The notes beneath the pieces were generated by a model. The model made no database searches. It was not told the DNA's origin and saw nothing but the letters and a program-made list of their open reading frames with translations. This document shows, in pieces, positions 38,414-48,037 of a DNA stretch of 64,000 bases (the stretch's first letter is position 1; each line of letters opens with the position of its first letter). Both the position numbers and the translations under genes were made by a program. The DNA is from an uncultured Chloroflexia bacterium (GTDB taxonomy: Bacteria; Chloroflexota; Limnocylindria; Limnocylindrales; CSP1-4): contig CAVVNQ010000003.1 in assembly GCA_963749705.1 (NCBI GenBank), positions 416,001-480,000 of the forward strand, read 5' to 3'.

Positions 38414-39232
38414 TCAGGATCGGCCCACGCCGATCACAACCTCGGTCGGGAACGATGCCACGCCATCGCGGGACCTCGTGGCGGCCAGCCGGACGAACGC
38501 CTCGCCCGCCGCGCGTCGCGTCCGCGCGTCGAGTCCTTCGAACATGTACGCGACGGGCGGTGCATCCATGGCCCAGCGCCGGAAGAAGTCCACCACGTCG
38601 CCGATCACCCAGTCGATCGTCGCGACCTCGACGCGCACGTCCTCGAACCCGGCCTGCGCGAGGGCGTCCGTCATCCCGGCGACCGTCGTGAACCGGGCGG
38701 CCGACGGGGGCTCCGGCGGCACGAAGCCCGGGAGCGCTTCGACCACCGCCCGGACGATCAGGGTCAGCAGCTCGGAGCGCGCGGGCTCGTGCATCGTCGT
38801 GACCACGGCCTGTGCGCCGGGTCGGAGCACCCGGCGCATCTCGCGCAGGCCGCGAGCCGAGTCGGGGAAGTGCACCACGCCGAAGCTGGAGGCAGCGGCG
38901 TCGAAGGTCCCGTCCGCGAAGTCGAGCGCCTGCCCATCCATCACGTGTGCCTCGACGCCCTCGATTCCCTCATCGGCCGCGGTCGCCAGCAGCCGGTCGA
39001 GCATCGGTGACGCGAGGTCTACCGCCGCCACCCGCGCCCCACGCCGAGCGGCGAGAAGGCTCACCGCGCCCGGTCCGGCGGCCACATCGAGCCACCGCTG
39101 ACCGGCGCGCGGCTCAACGGCGGTCAGAGCCGCCGCCGCGACGCGACGGCTGAACGGCGCGAACAGCGCCTCGTAGGCGTCGACGCGATCCGCCCAGACG
39201 TCAGGGTTCTTGTGAGGTGCCGGTGACGTCAT
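38414..39232 (-). CDS. class I SAM-dependent methyltransferase
   Basis: WLDVAAGPG motif I, VDLASPML, FADGTFD, EMRRVLRPG; GAGGAG RBS. Confidence 0.9.
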   Translation of the reverse strand: MTSPAPHKNPDVWADRVDAYEALFAPFSRRVAAAALTAVEPRAGQRWLDVAAGPGAVSLLAARRGARVAAVDLASPMLDRLLATAADEGIEGVEAHVMDGQALDFADGTFDAAASSFGVVHFPDSARGLREMRRVLRPGAQAVVTTMHEPARSELLTLIVRAVVEALPGFVPPEPPSAARFTTVAGMTDALAQAGFEDVRVEVATIDWVIGDVVDFFRRWAMDAPPVAYMFEGLDARTRRAAGEAFVRLAATRSRDGVASFPTEVVIGVGRS

Positions 39233-39385
39233 GGGGTGGCCTCCTCGGGGTGCCCGTCCGCAGGGGTTCACGACGCATCGTGGCCGATTCCGAGGGCGCG
39301 CGGCATCGCACGGTCCGGTGATCTTCGGGCGGGACGCATCACAGCTTGCTGGCATGGATCGGCCGGTGAACGCGAGCGCGGACGC

Positions 39386-40417
39386 CTAGCGCGAGGAGCG
39401 CTGCTCGTTCGCGAAGCGGATCGCCTGGACGCGATTCACCGCGCCCGTCTTCGTGTAGATGTGCGTCAGGTGCCGGGTGACCGTGTGCACGCTGATCGAC
39501 AGGCGCTGCGCGATCTCCGCGTTCGTCACGCCCGTCGCGACAAGTGCCAGCACCTCGCGCTCGCGCGCCGTGAGCGCGCCACCCGGTGGGGTCGCCGGCG
39601 CGACGGACGAGTCGCCCAGGAACGAACGAACGGCAGCGATCGCGTCGTGGCCCGGCATCCCCCCGTCGCCCCGCACGGCCGCGAGTCGTGCGTCGGGGAT
39701 GGCGGCTGCAATCTCCCGATTCCGCGCTTCGCTCACGAGTGCGTTCTGCTCATCAAAGAGCACGAGGGTCGGGACCCGGACCCGCGCGAGCAGCGGCGAG
39801 ATGTCCCACGACCGGCGTGCCTCGAGGTAGGCCAGGAAGGTCGACTGCGTGGTTGCGCCCCGCAGCACCACCGCCCATTGACGCGCCACCTCGCCACCCT
39901 CCCAACCGAGGGCCGCCTGGGAGATCGACTCCGTGAACAGCTCCCAGTCGGTCGCGGCCATCTTGAACAGCGAGCGCAGGCGCGGGGACTGGCCGTGCTC
40001 CGTGTCCCGCGCGAACGTGTTCCACAGGACGAGGTGCGTGACGCGTTCGGGATGCGCGGCGGCGTACGCGAGCGCCGGCAGTCCGCCGGTGATGCGCCCG
40101 CACAGCGCGAACCGCTCGAGGTTGAGCGCGTCCGCGACGATATCGATGTCCTGGGCGAGCGCTTCGATCGCGAAGTCGTGGCGCGTGTGCGAGCCTCCGG
40201 ACAGCCCGCTTCCGCGGTGGTCGTACCGGATCACTGTCCGGGTCCGCGCGATCCCGTCATACCAGCGACGCACGGCGTCGATGGGCCACTCCAGGCGGAG
40301 GTGACTCATCGCAACGTGCGGCACCTCCACGAACGCGGGCCCGGTGCCGCGCCGCCAGTACGCGATGTCGACGCCGTGGCCGGCGCGCGCATAGCGGATC
40401 GGCGGGGCGACGTTCAT
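39386..40417 (-). CDS. alpha/beta-hydrolase-fold plus LuxR HTH regulator
   Basis: IRYDHRGSGLS, YAAAHPERVTHLVL, RVRVPTLV, then LTAREREVLALVATG.TN.EIA. Confidence 0.88.
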   Translation of the reverse strand: MNVAPPIRYARAGHGVDIAYWRRGTGPAFVEVPHVAMSHLRLEWPIDAVRRWYDGIARTRTVIRYDHRGSGLSGGSHTRHDFAIEALAQDIDIVADALNLERFALCGRITGGLPALAYAAAHPERVTHLVLWNTFARDTEHGQSPRLRSLFKMAATDWELFTESISQAALGWEGGEVARQWAVVLRGATTQSTFLAYLEARRSWDISPLLARVRVPTLVLFDEQNALVSEARNREIAAAIPDARLAAVRGDGGMPGHDAIAAVRSFLGDSSVAPATPPGGALTAREREVLALVATGVTNAEIAQRLSISVHTVTRHLTHIYTKTGAVNRVQAIRFANEQRSSR

Positions 40418-40785
40418 CTCGGCCCCCGGTGGTCCACTAGCGCAAGGGCTTGCGCGCCGACCCGGATGTCGACGTTGGCCGCGGAACGAACGGTCGCGCG
40501 AAATGTGACCTGGGCTGCAGGCAACATGACCCTGGCAGGATACCCGCGGCCATGACGTGCTCGCGGCGCCGGGCGCGCCCGAACTGGCCGCTCAGGCCCG
40601 AACCCACGAGAGCGGTCGTTGCCGTCCGGCGCCGTCTCCGCGAAGCCCACGGGCTGGCCCACGATCGGCGCTGCAGGATCCCCGCGCGACGTTCCGAATG
40701 CGAAGGGCATATGGGTTGATTGACCGATGTTGGTTGGATCCGCATCCATGACCCTTTGGCCACCGAGCAAGAACCGAAGGAGCCG

Positions 40786-41970
40786 ATGTTGATGCCCCGC
40801 CGACTCGCGACGCTGTTCAGTGTGCTGGTCCTCATCGCGGTGGGGGTCGCGGGGGTCGCAGCCGCAGACACACCGGCGACCTACACCGGTTGCCTCGTCA
40901 AGGGGACGCTGTACAACGTGCAGCTCGGATCTCAGCCGCTCGCTCCCTGCAAGGGGAAGGACCTGCAGGTCTCGTGGAATCAGACGGGGCCGCAAGGGGC
41001 GCCGGGCATTCCGGGCGAACCGGGCTTGCAAGGCGAGCCTGGGTCCCAAGGCGAACCGGGCCTGCAGGGCGAGCCGGGGCCCCAAGGCGAGCCGGGGCCC
41101 CAAGGCGAACCGGGACCAGCTGGACGACCTGGCACAGCGGACTTCGGCGACCTTGACGGCTCGCCGTGTGATGCGCCCGGTGGCGTCTCCGGCAGCGTCG
41201 ACGTGAAGATCCTCGACGACGGGACGATCTCCATGCACTGCTACACGCCCGAGGCCTGGTGCGCGACGTACGGGCCCACCAGCAACCCGGAACGCACCAT
41301 CGATTTCGTCTGCGACGGCGCGACCAGGACGATCAGCATCACCTGCCAGCCGGTGCCCGAATTCTGGTTCGATGTCGACGGCGATCCGTACAACGGGTGC
41401 GAGGCAGACTACGGCAAGGCCGCGGCCCTTCTGCTGTTCGGCGAAGCCCGGTCCCTCCAGGTCAGGCCTATCTGCGCGAGCACGGACGTGTCGATCGGGT
41501 GTGTGGGCGGTACCCCGGTCGACCCGCCGGCGACGATCACCATGACCCCGCAGCCTACGAGCAGGACCTCGGTCTATCGGAACAATTCGAGCTTCGGCCT
41601 GTCGGGAGCGGCGCACCTGTCGACTGCGGACCCGATCCCGGTCCGGCTGTCAGGCGTTGATTGCTTCCTGGCGGTCGACGCCGACGTGACGCTCTCCGTC
41701 ACGCTTGACATCGTGACGTACATCTCCGGCGTCCACCGCTTCTCATGGGGAGATCCCACGGTCACCGGCTGGACCGCCGAGGACTTCACCACCACCGGTA
41801 GTTATCTATGCTCCGTGATCGCCTGGCCGACCTACCTGCTGCCAGGCCTCGTCTTCGAATCCGTGAAGGACTCGTGGCTCCAGCCTCCATGCCAGATGCC
41901 ACCACCCGAGCTTCTGACCTTCGGAGCCTTCCATGTCGACCCACCGGACGGGAGGATCGTCTGCGACTGA
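40786..41970 (+). CDS. secreted cysteine-rich protein with a collagen-like repeat
   Basis: Signal peptide, [19 protein letters not shown], (GXY)16, [11 protein letters not shown] motif, many Cys. Confidence 0.8.
   Translation: MLMPRRLATLFSVLVLIAVGVAGVAAADTPATYTGCLVKGTLYNVQLGSQPLAPCKGKDLQVSWNQTGPQGAPGIPGEPGLQGEPGSQGEPGLQGEPGPQGEPGPQGEPGPAGRPGTADFGDLDGSPCDAPGGVSGSVDVKILDDGTISMHCYTPEAWCATYGPTSNPERTIDFVCDGATRTISITCQPVPEFWFDVDGDPYNGCEADYGKAAALLLFGEARSLQVRPICASTDVSIGCVGGTPVDPPATITMTPQPTSRTSVYRNNSSFGLSGAAHLSTADPIPVRLSGVDCFLAVDADVTLSVTLDIVTYISGVHRFSWGDPTVTGWTAEDFTTTGSYLCSVIAWPTYLLPGLVFESVKDSWLQPPCQMPPPELLTFGAFHVDPPDGRIVCD
40987..41133 (+). repeat. collagen-like Gly-X-Y coding repeat
   Basis: [49 protein letters not shown]; 18-bp periodicity. 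Confidence 0.9.
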
Positions 41971-42104
41971 TCCGCCGTCCGTCGCTGGATCAAACCGCAG
42001 GGTCGATACGAGGCTTCAACAGGGCTGCACGAGGCCGAGGCACGACGGCTGAGAGGCGGGTCGCCGCTGGCAGAACGGTGCACACGCTGCAAGGATGGGC
42101 ACCG

Positions 42105-42884
42105 ATGGACGACCGCGCGCAGCTCACCTCCATCTCGTCGCTGGTGCACGGGGTGCTGGGCACCGATGCGGTTGGCGCATACCTGCACGGGTCGACTGGC
42201 GCGGGGAGGCGCATGCCCACGAGCGACACCGACGTCCTCGTCGTGACGCGCCGGCCGATGGAGCTCGATCAGCGCCGTGCGCTCGTCGACGGCCTCCTCG
42301 CGATGTCCGGACGGGCCGCCAGGACCGGCGCCGCGCGTCCCGTCGAGCTGACGGTGGTCGTGCAGCGTGACGTGCAACCTTGGCGGCGGTCGCCCATCGA
42401 GGACTTCCTCTACGGCGAGTGGGAGCGGGCGGCGTACGAGCGAGGCTCCCTCCCGGCCCGGCGTCGCAACGACGATCTCGCGGTGCTCATCACGATGGCC
42501 CTCGATGCCGATTGCCCTCTGTTCGGGCCGCCACCCTCGGCGCTTCTCGACCGACCGCCCGTGCCCGATCTCATCGCGGCCTGCGTCGGGGGCATTCCCT
42601 CGCTGCTCGCGGACCTCGCGTCAGATACGCGGAACGTGCTGCTCACGCTGGCGCGGATCCTGGTCACGGTGGAGACGGGCCGACTCGTTCCGAAGGACAC
42701 GGCCGCGGATCTGGCGCTCCCCCGGCTTGATCCAACGTGTCGGGCGATCCTCCAGCGTGCACGGGATGCCTTCCTCGGGCCGGGATGGGGCACGTTCGAA
42801 GACGTCGCGCCCCACATTCGCCCGTGTGCCGATGCGCTGGTCAATGCGATCGAAGCGGCGGCGGGACCCGCCACGTCGAGCTGA
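42105..42884 (+). CDS. aminoglycoside adenylyltransferase-like nucleotidyltransferase (AadA/ANT(9) family, DUF4111)
   Basis: YLHGS, SDTDVLVV, RPVELTVV, FLYGEWER, DLAVLIT, DTRNVLLTLARI..T..TG..PKD.AA. Confidence 0.85.
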   Translation: MDDRAQLTSISSLVHGVLGTDAVGAYLHGSTGAGRRMPTSDTDVLVVTRRPMELDQRRALVDGLLAMSGRAARTGAARPVELTVVVQRDVQPWRRSPIEDFLYGEWERAAYERGSLPARRRNDDLAVLITMALDADCPLFGPPPSALLDRPPVPDLIAACVGGIPSLLADLASDTRNVLLTLARILVTVETGRLVPKDTAADLALPRLDPTCRAILQRARDAFLGPGWGTFEDVAPHIRPCADALVNAIEAAAGPATSS

Positions 42885-43006
42885 AAAGAGTCGTCCCTGC
42901 TCGTCGATATTCGCGGAGCTCGCCATCCCGGGTAGGCGAGGGGACGAGGATCCACACGAGGTGCGCCTGGACGACGCAGCCCGCGGGACCCGGGCTCAGG
43001 CACACC

Positions 43007-43669
43007 TCAACTGTAGGTCAGGGACGACTTGCGGCCGGTCGACCAGGCCATGATGCCGGCACCGAGCGACGAGGTGAGCATGAGAATCCCGAACATCGGC
43101 ACGGCGGTAACCAGCGCTCGGGTAAGGTCCATGGGCAGAAGATTCCCGGTGAGCGGGACCGCGATCGAGAAGGCGGCGAGACCAGCCCCGCCAGCCAGGC
43201 CAAGCCAGGCCGTCACTCGGTTGCCGACGATCCCCGTTCGACCGAGAGACCACGCAACGGCTGCAAAGACCAGGCCCCACACCGCATCTGCTGACTCTGC
43301 GACGTCCTTTACCCAGAATGCCCAACCTTGATTCGAATTCGCGACGCTGTCACGCCCCAGTGGCAGCAGGAGATGGACAACCATCGCAACGACACAGAGG
43401 CTGGCGAGCGGCACGGCGATGTTGAGGACTCGCACAACCGGGTACGGCAATCCGTCGATGCGCGAAACGCCGAGCAGGAATATCGCGAAGGCGACGTAGC
43501 CTAGGAGCAGGAACACGTGCGCGGGCCACCATGCGGTCTGGCCGGTCTGGGTGTACGCCACCTCCGCCATGTTGGACGCATCTGGGGCATGGGGATGGAT
43601 GATCGCCCCGACCATGAGCAGCGGGCCAGTGGCCATCAACGCCAGTGCGGTGACCTTGGTGACGCGCAT
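43007..43669 (-). CDS. hypothetical membrane protein
   Basis: About six TMs, IHP and W..AH motifs, GGAGG RBS; divergent from a TetR gene. Confidence 0.75.
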   Translation of the reverse strand: MRVTKVTALALMATGPLLMVGAIIHPHAPDASNMAEVAYTQTGQTAWWPAHVFLLLGYVAFAIFLLGVSRIDGLPYPVVRVLNIAVPLASLCVVAMVVHLLLPLGRDSVANSNQGWAFWVKDVAESADAVWGLVFAAVAWSLGRTGIVGNRVTAWLGLAGGAGLAAFSIAVPLTGNLLPMDLTRALVTAVPMFGILMLTSSLGAGIMAWSTGRKSSLTYS

Positions 43670-43745
43670 GCCGAACCTCCGCCGCGATGTCCTACTCTTA
43701 TTTGAGAAGCTGTGTAGACGGTTGATTAGCCACCGAGGTTAGCGA

Positions 43746-44393
43746 ATGGTCCGGAAGGTGTCAAGACGCGCATATCACTCGCCACGCCGGGAGGCGGCGG
43801 CGCAGGCGACGCGCACGGCGGTGCTGGAGGCGGCCGATTCGCTGTTCATCGGTCTCGGCTACGCGGGCACCACGCTGGCCGCGGTCGCTGAGCGAGCCAG
43901 CGTCTCGCTCGCCACGGTGAAGCTCGTGGCGCCGACCAAGTCCTCCCTCCTCCTCGAGGTGGCCAGGTCACGCGCCAGAGGTGACACCGATGCCCGCGCC
44001 GTGAGCGAGCGGTCCTGGTACCAGGACATGCTCTCCTTGAAGGATCCTGCTGAGCTGTTGCGCCGCTGGGTCTCCGGGAGTCGGGCGGCACATGAGCGAC
44101 AGGCGGAACTGTTCGAGGTCATCTGGCAGGCCGCCCCAGCCGAACCCGAGATCGCCGACCTGGAGCGCCGCGGCAGCGCCGATCGCCGTGCGACGTTCCG
44201 CAGCATCATCGAGGCCCTGGCCGCGCTGGGTGGGCTGCGCGCCGATCTCGATATCGATACCGCGGTCGACATCGCCTGGGTACTCAACTCACCCCTGGCC
44301 TTTCGCCTCTTTGCTCGATGCGGCTGGTCGCCTGATCAGTGGGAGCGCTGGCTCGCCGAAACATTGGCGGTCCAGCTGCTGACGCCGGCTTAG
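43746..44393 (+). CDS. TetR/AcrR family regulator
   Basis: TRTAVLEAA..LF...GYAGTTLAAVAERASVSLATV. Confidence 0.88.
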   Translation: MVRKVSRRAYHSPRREAAAQATRTAVLEAADSLFIGLGYAGTTLAAVAERASVSLATVKLVAPTKSSLLLEVARSRARGDTDARAVSERSWYQDMLSLKDPAELLRRWVSGSRAAHERQAELFEVIWQAAPAEPEIADLERRGSADRRATFRSIIEALAALGGLRADLDIDTAVDIAWVLNSPLAFRLFARCGWSPDQWERWLAETLAVQLLTPA

Positions 44394-44567
44394 GCCGTCG
44401 GGGCCGCGGTCATTCGCGACTTGTCCTGTGGACGACGACGAGGCCCGACGCCGGGGCACGATGCCGGCGGGCCCTCGACGCGGATCCCTTGCCGACCGTC
44501 GACCCTCGCACTATGGTTGGACCTCGCCCGTGTCCCACACTCGGGGTCGACCCGGAGGAGTTGGCCG

Positions 44568-45728
44568 ATGGCCACCGAGCTGGCCTGTCTCGTGATCGCC
44601 GACATTTCCGGGTACACGGGCTACCTCGCCGGCGTCGAGCTCGATCACGCCGAAGAGATCCTCGCCGACCTGATGCGGACCATCGTCACCGCGCTGCGGC
44701 CCGGATTCCGGCTCGCCAAGCTCGAAGGCGACGCCGCGTTCATGTTCGCCATCACCGCGAAGATCGACGGCTCGCTGCTTCTCGACACGATCGAGCGGTG
44801 CTACTTCGGCTTCCGACGACGACGCCGCGATGTGCGTCAGGCGACCTCGTGCGAATGCAACGCCTGCGCGCACATCCCGGACCTCAACCTGAAGTTCGTC
44901 GTCCACCATGGAACGATCCTGCGCCAGCAGGTTGCCGGCGGGGAGGAGCTGGTGGGGACCGACGTCATCGTCGCTCACCGGCTGCTGAAGAACGAGGTGG
45001 TCGCATCCACCGGCATCGAGGCGTACGCGGTGTTCAGCCAGCAGTGCGTCGATGCGATGGACGTCGATGTGGCGGCGCTCGGCATGCGATCGAGCAGCGA
45101 GACGTATGAGCATATCGGCGTCGTGCCGATCTGGATCCACGACCTGGGTCGGCGCTGGGAGGAGGAGGAGTCGCGCACGCGCGTCATCGTCGATCCGGGC
45201 TCTGCGGCGTTCGATTGGCACATGTCGGTACCCGCTCCGCCGCAGGTCGCCTGGGAGTTCATGACCACGCCCGGCCGTCGAGTCGCCTGGACGCCCGGGG
45301 TCACCGGGGTGGAGGTCATCGCGACCGGCAACCGCCGGGGCGTCGGGGCCACCAATCACTGCGCGCACGGCAGGAACGCGAGCATCGAGGAGCTCCTCGA
45401 CTGGCGCCCCTACGACTACTTCACGTTCCGGAACACGGTGCCCACGCCAATGGGGCACATTCGCTTCCTGGCGACGACGGAGTTCGAGCCCACGCCAAGC
45501 GGGACGATCATCCACATGCGGATGGCGGCGCCCCAGACCCGGAGGGAGCGCGTCCTCGCCCGGCTGGCGAGGCCGATGCTGGAGCGAGGGTTGCGGGTGT
45601 CCAGGGACCGCCTGGTCGAGCAGCTCGGCGCGGAGCTCGAGGGGCGCGGTCGCGACGCGCTCGAGGAGCCGGACCTGCCGCCGGTCAGGACGGATGGCGT
45701 GCTTGCCCGGCTGGAGCCCGGCTCCTGA
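44568..45728 (+). CDS. DUF2652 (nucleotide-cyclase-like) plus SRPBCC domain protein
   Basis: LVIADISGYT, KLEGDA, CECNAC, LKFVVHHG, VIVAHRLLKN; C-terminal APPQVAWEF, HCAHG, LDWRPYDYFT. Confidence 0.8.
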   Translation: MATELACLVIADISGYTGYLAGVELDHAEEILADLMRTIVTALRPGFRLAKLEGDAAFMFAITAKIDGSLLLDTIERCYFGFRRRRRDVRQATSCECNACAHIPDLNLKFVVHHGTILRQQVAGGEELVGTDVIVAHRLLKNEVVASTGIEAYAVFSQQCVDAMDVDVAALGMRSSSETYEHIGVVPIWIHDLGRRWEEEESRTRVIVDPGSAAFDWHMSVPAPPQVAWEFMTTPGRRVAWTPGVTGVEVIATGNRRGVGATNHCAHGRNASIEELLDWRPYDYFTFRNTVPTPMGHIRFLATTEFEPTPSGTIIHMRMAAPQTRRERVLARLARPMLERGLRVSRDRLVEQLGAELEGRGRDALEEPDLPPVRTDGVLARLEPGS

Positions 45729-45751
45729 TCACCCTCGAGTAGCCTGTGCCC

Positions 45752-46420
45752 GTGACAGACGAGCTCAAGGTCCTTGTCGAGATCGGCCCAAAGGGCAAGC
45801 GGATCGTGGCTGCCGCGATGGACTGGCCGGGCCTGGAACGATGGGGCAGGACCGAGGACGAGGCGATCCAGAACCTGCTCGCCTACCGGGCACGCTATGC
45901 CGGCATCGCCAAGCGCGCCGGGTGCGAGGCGGACTTCCCGCTAATTGGCATGCCGCGCGTCGTCGAGCGCACGCCGGGCAACACCTCCACCGACTGGTGG
46001 GGCATCGCGCACGTACCGTCCGACATCGAGGCACAGCCACTGTCCGTTGACGAGCTCGAGCAGCGGATCGCACTGATGCAGGCGGCCTGGGAGACCTTCA
46101 ACGACGCTTCGGAGCGCGTGGCGGCGCCAATCAGCAAGGGCCCGCGGGGCGGCGGGCGCAAGCGGGACCAGATCGTCGTTCATGTCTACGCGTCGGAACG
46201 GCACAACTGGTGGCGCAAGGTCGGCATTCGCGAGGACGACGAGGAATTGCTGACGCCGGAGCAGCTCGCCGCGCATCGGCAACGCTACGTCGCCGCGATC
46301 CGCGCGTACCACGCCGAGGGCCGGTCGGCGCGCAGCTGGCCCCTGCGCTTCCTCATCCGCCGCACGGCGCAGCATGCGATGGACCACGCCTGGGAGCTGG
46401 AGGACCGGAACCCCGGTTGA
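45752..46420 (+). CDS. conserved hypothetical protein (DinB-like C-terminal helices)
   Basis: A.DWPGLER.G.TE..A, KGPRGGGR.RDQI..H, W..RFLIRRTAQHAMDHAWELED. Confidence 0.75.
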   Translation: MTDELKVLVEIGPKGKRIVAAAMDWPGLERWGRTEDEAIQNLLAYRARYAGIAKRAGCEADFPLIGMPRVVERTPGNTSTDWWGIAHVPSDIEAQPLSVDELEQRIALMQAAWETFNDASERVAAPISKGPRGGGRKRDQIVVHVYASERHNWWRKVGIREDDEELLTPEQLAAHRQRYVAAIRAYHAEGRSARSWPLRFLIRRTAQHAMDHAWELEDRNPG

Positions 46421-46776
46421 CCGAGACGGGCCGACCACGCGGAATTCCTACAACGTGAGGAAGACTCCGTGAGGCCTGGTTCAACCGCATCGGCCAGCCG
46501 CCTGGCGAGCGCCGGGTCATCGAGATCGAAGGCGCTGAACAGTCGAGTGATGGCGCTCGATCCGGCTCGCTTGTAGCGGGCGGCGGCTTCGCGCCCGTGC
46601 GGCGAGCTTGGGCTTGATTCGGCGATCTCGTGCCTGGATCCCGGCCATCGGCCTGGCGCCCGGAGGCATCCTGCCCCAACGCATCTCATCGCGACGGCGG
46701 CTCCTGCACCAATGCGGCGCCAGAGGGACAATCAGGTCGACCGGGATCCGCATTTGCGTCGAGGGACCTCGGGCGC

Positions 46777-47076
46777 ATGACGCGCAATCAAGAGGTGCTG
46801 GCGGTGGGTCGGCTCGCACGGGGCAAGGATCGCCGGGTCGTCGTCAAGACGTATGGCCGCGGCAGCCTGCTCGGGCTGCTCAGCATCCCATTCGCGTTCC
46901 TCATGGCGTACCGGGGCATGAACGGCTGGCAGGAGTCTGCGGTCCGCGACATGGAGGACGACGCCATCGCGATGTCCCGGCAGGGCTACCGGGTCGTGGC
47001 CACCGGCGAATACGGCATCCCCGTGCTCGGCATCACCTATTACAAGGTGACCTACCAGCTCGTGGACCAGGCATGA
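46777..47076 (+). CDS. small hypothetical protein
   Basis: 99 aa, one TM, GC3-rich codon usage. Confidence 0.6.
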   Translation: MTRNQEVLAVGRLARGKDRRVVVKTYGRGSLLGLLSIPFAFLMAYRGMNGWQESAVRDMEDDAIAMSRQGYRVVATGEYGIPVLGITYYKVTYQLVDQA

Positions 47077-47122
47077 CCCCGGCGACCGGGGCACGTCGAG
47101 GGTGGCCGGCGACCGTGCCGCG

Positions 47123-48037
47123 ATGAAGGACGACACCAGAGTCCTCGAGATCGATGGCATCGCAAAGCGCTATGGTGACCTCGTCGCCGTCGAGAACCTG
47201 ACGTTCGACGTTCGCGCCGGCGAGCTGTTCGGCTTCGTCGGGCGCAACGGTGCCGGCAAGACCACGACGATGCGGATTGCGCTGGGCGTGCTGGCGCCTG
47301 ACGCCGGCGTGGTGCGCTGGCTGGGCGCACCGCTGACGTTCGAGGCCCGGCGCCGCATCGGCTACATGCCCGAGGAACGCGGCCTGTATCCGAAGATGCA
47401 CGTGGCGGAGCAGCTCGCCTACCTCGGCGAGCTCCATGGCATGGCGGATACCGCAGCCCGCGAGGCCGCGCTCGGCTGGCTGGACAGGTTCGGTCTTGCC
47501 GACCGGCGCGACGCCGAGCTCCAGGCGCTCAGCCTGGGCAACCAGCAACGGGTCCAGCTGGCGGCAGCCCTCGTCTTCGGACCGGAGGTGCTCGTGCTCG
47601 ACGAGCCGTTCTCCGGGCTCGACCCGGTTGCGGTCGACGTGATGGCGGGCGTGCTCCGCGAGCGGGCGAATGCAGGGGTCCCGGTCATCCTCTCCAGCCA
47701 CGAGCTGGACCTCGTCGAGCGGCTGTGCGATCGCGTGGGCATCGTCGACCGCGGGCGGATGGTTGCCTGCGGGACCGTGGCCGAGCTCCGCGCCGGGGGG
47801 CAGGAGCGCCGCTGGATCGATGTCCCCGGCGCCCCGGGCGATTGGCAGGCGGGCGTGCCGGGCGTCCGGCTGGTGCAAGCCGACGGCACCAGGCGGCTGT
47901 TCGAGCTCGACCCCGGCGTCGACGATCAATCGCTGCTCCAGGCGGCGCTGGCCACGGGACCCGTCCGCGAGTTCGAGCGCGTCGAGCCCACGCTCGGTGA
48001 GATCTTCCGAACGGTCCTCGAGGAGGCGGCGGCATGA
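47123..48037 (+). CDS. ABC-2 transporter ATP-binding protein
   Basis: GRNGAGKTT, GYMPEERGLY, LSLGNQQRV, LDEPFSGLDP. Confidence 0.93.
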   Translation: MKDDTRVLEIDGIAKRYGDLVAVENLTFDVRAGELFGFVGRNGAGKTTTMRIALGVLAPDAGVVRWLGAPLTFEARRRIGYMPEERGLYPKMHVAEQLAYLGELHGMADTAAREAALGWLDRFGLADRRDAELQALSLGNQQRVQLAAALVFGPEVLVLDEPFSGLDPVAVDVMAGVLRERANAGVPVILSSHELDLVERLCDRVGIVDRGRMVACGTVAELRAGGQERRWIDVPGAPGDWQAGVPGVRLVQADGTRRLFELDPGVDDQSLLQAALATGPVREFERVEPTLGEIFRTVLEEAAA

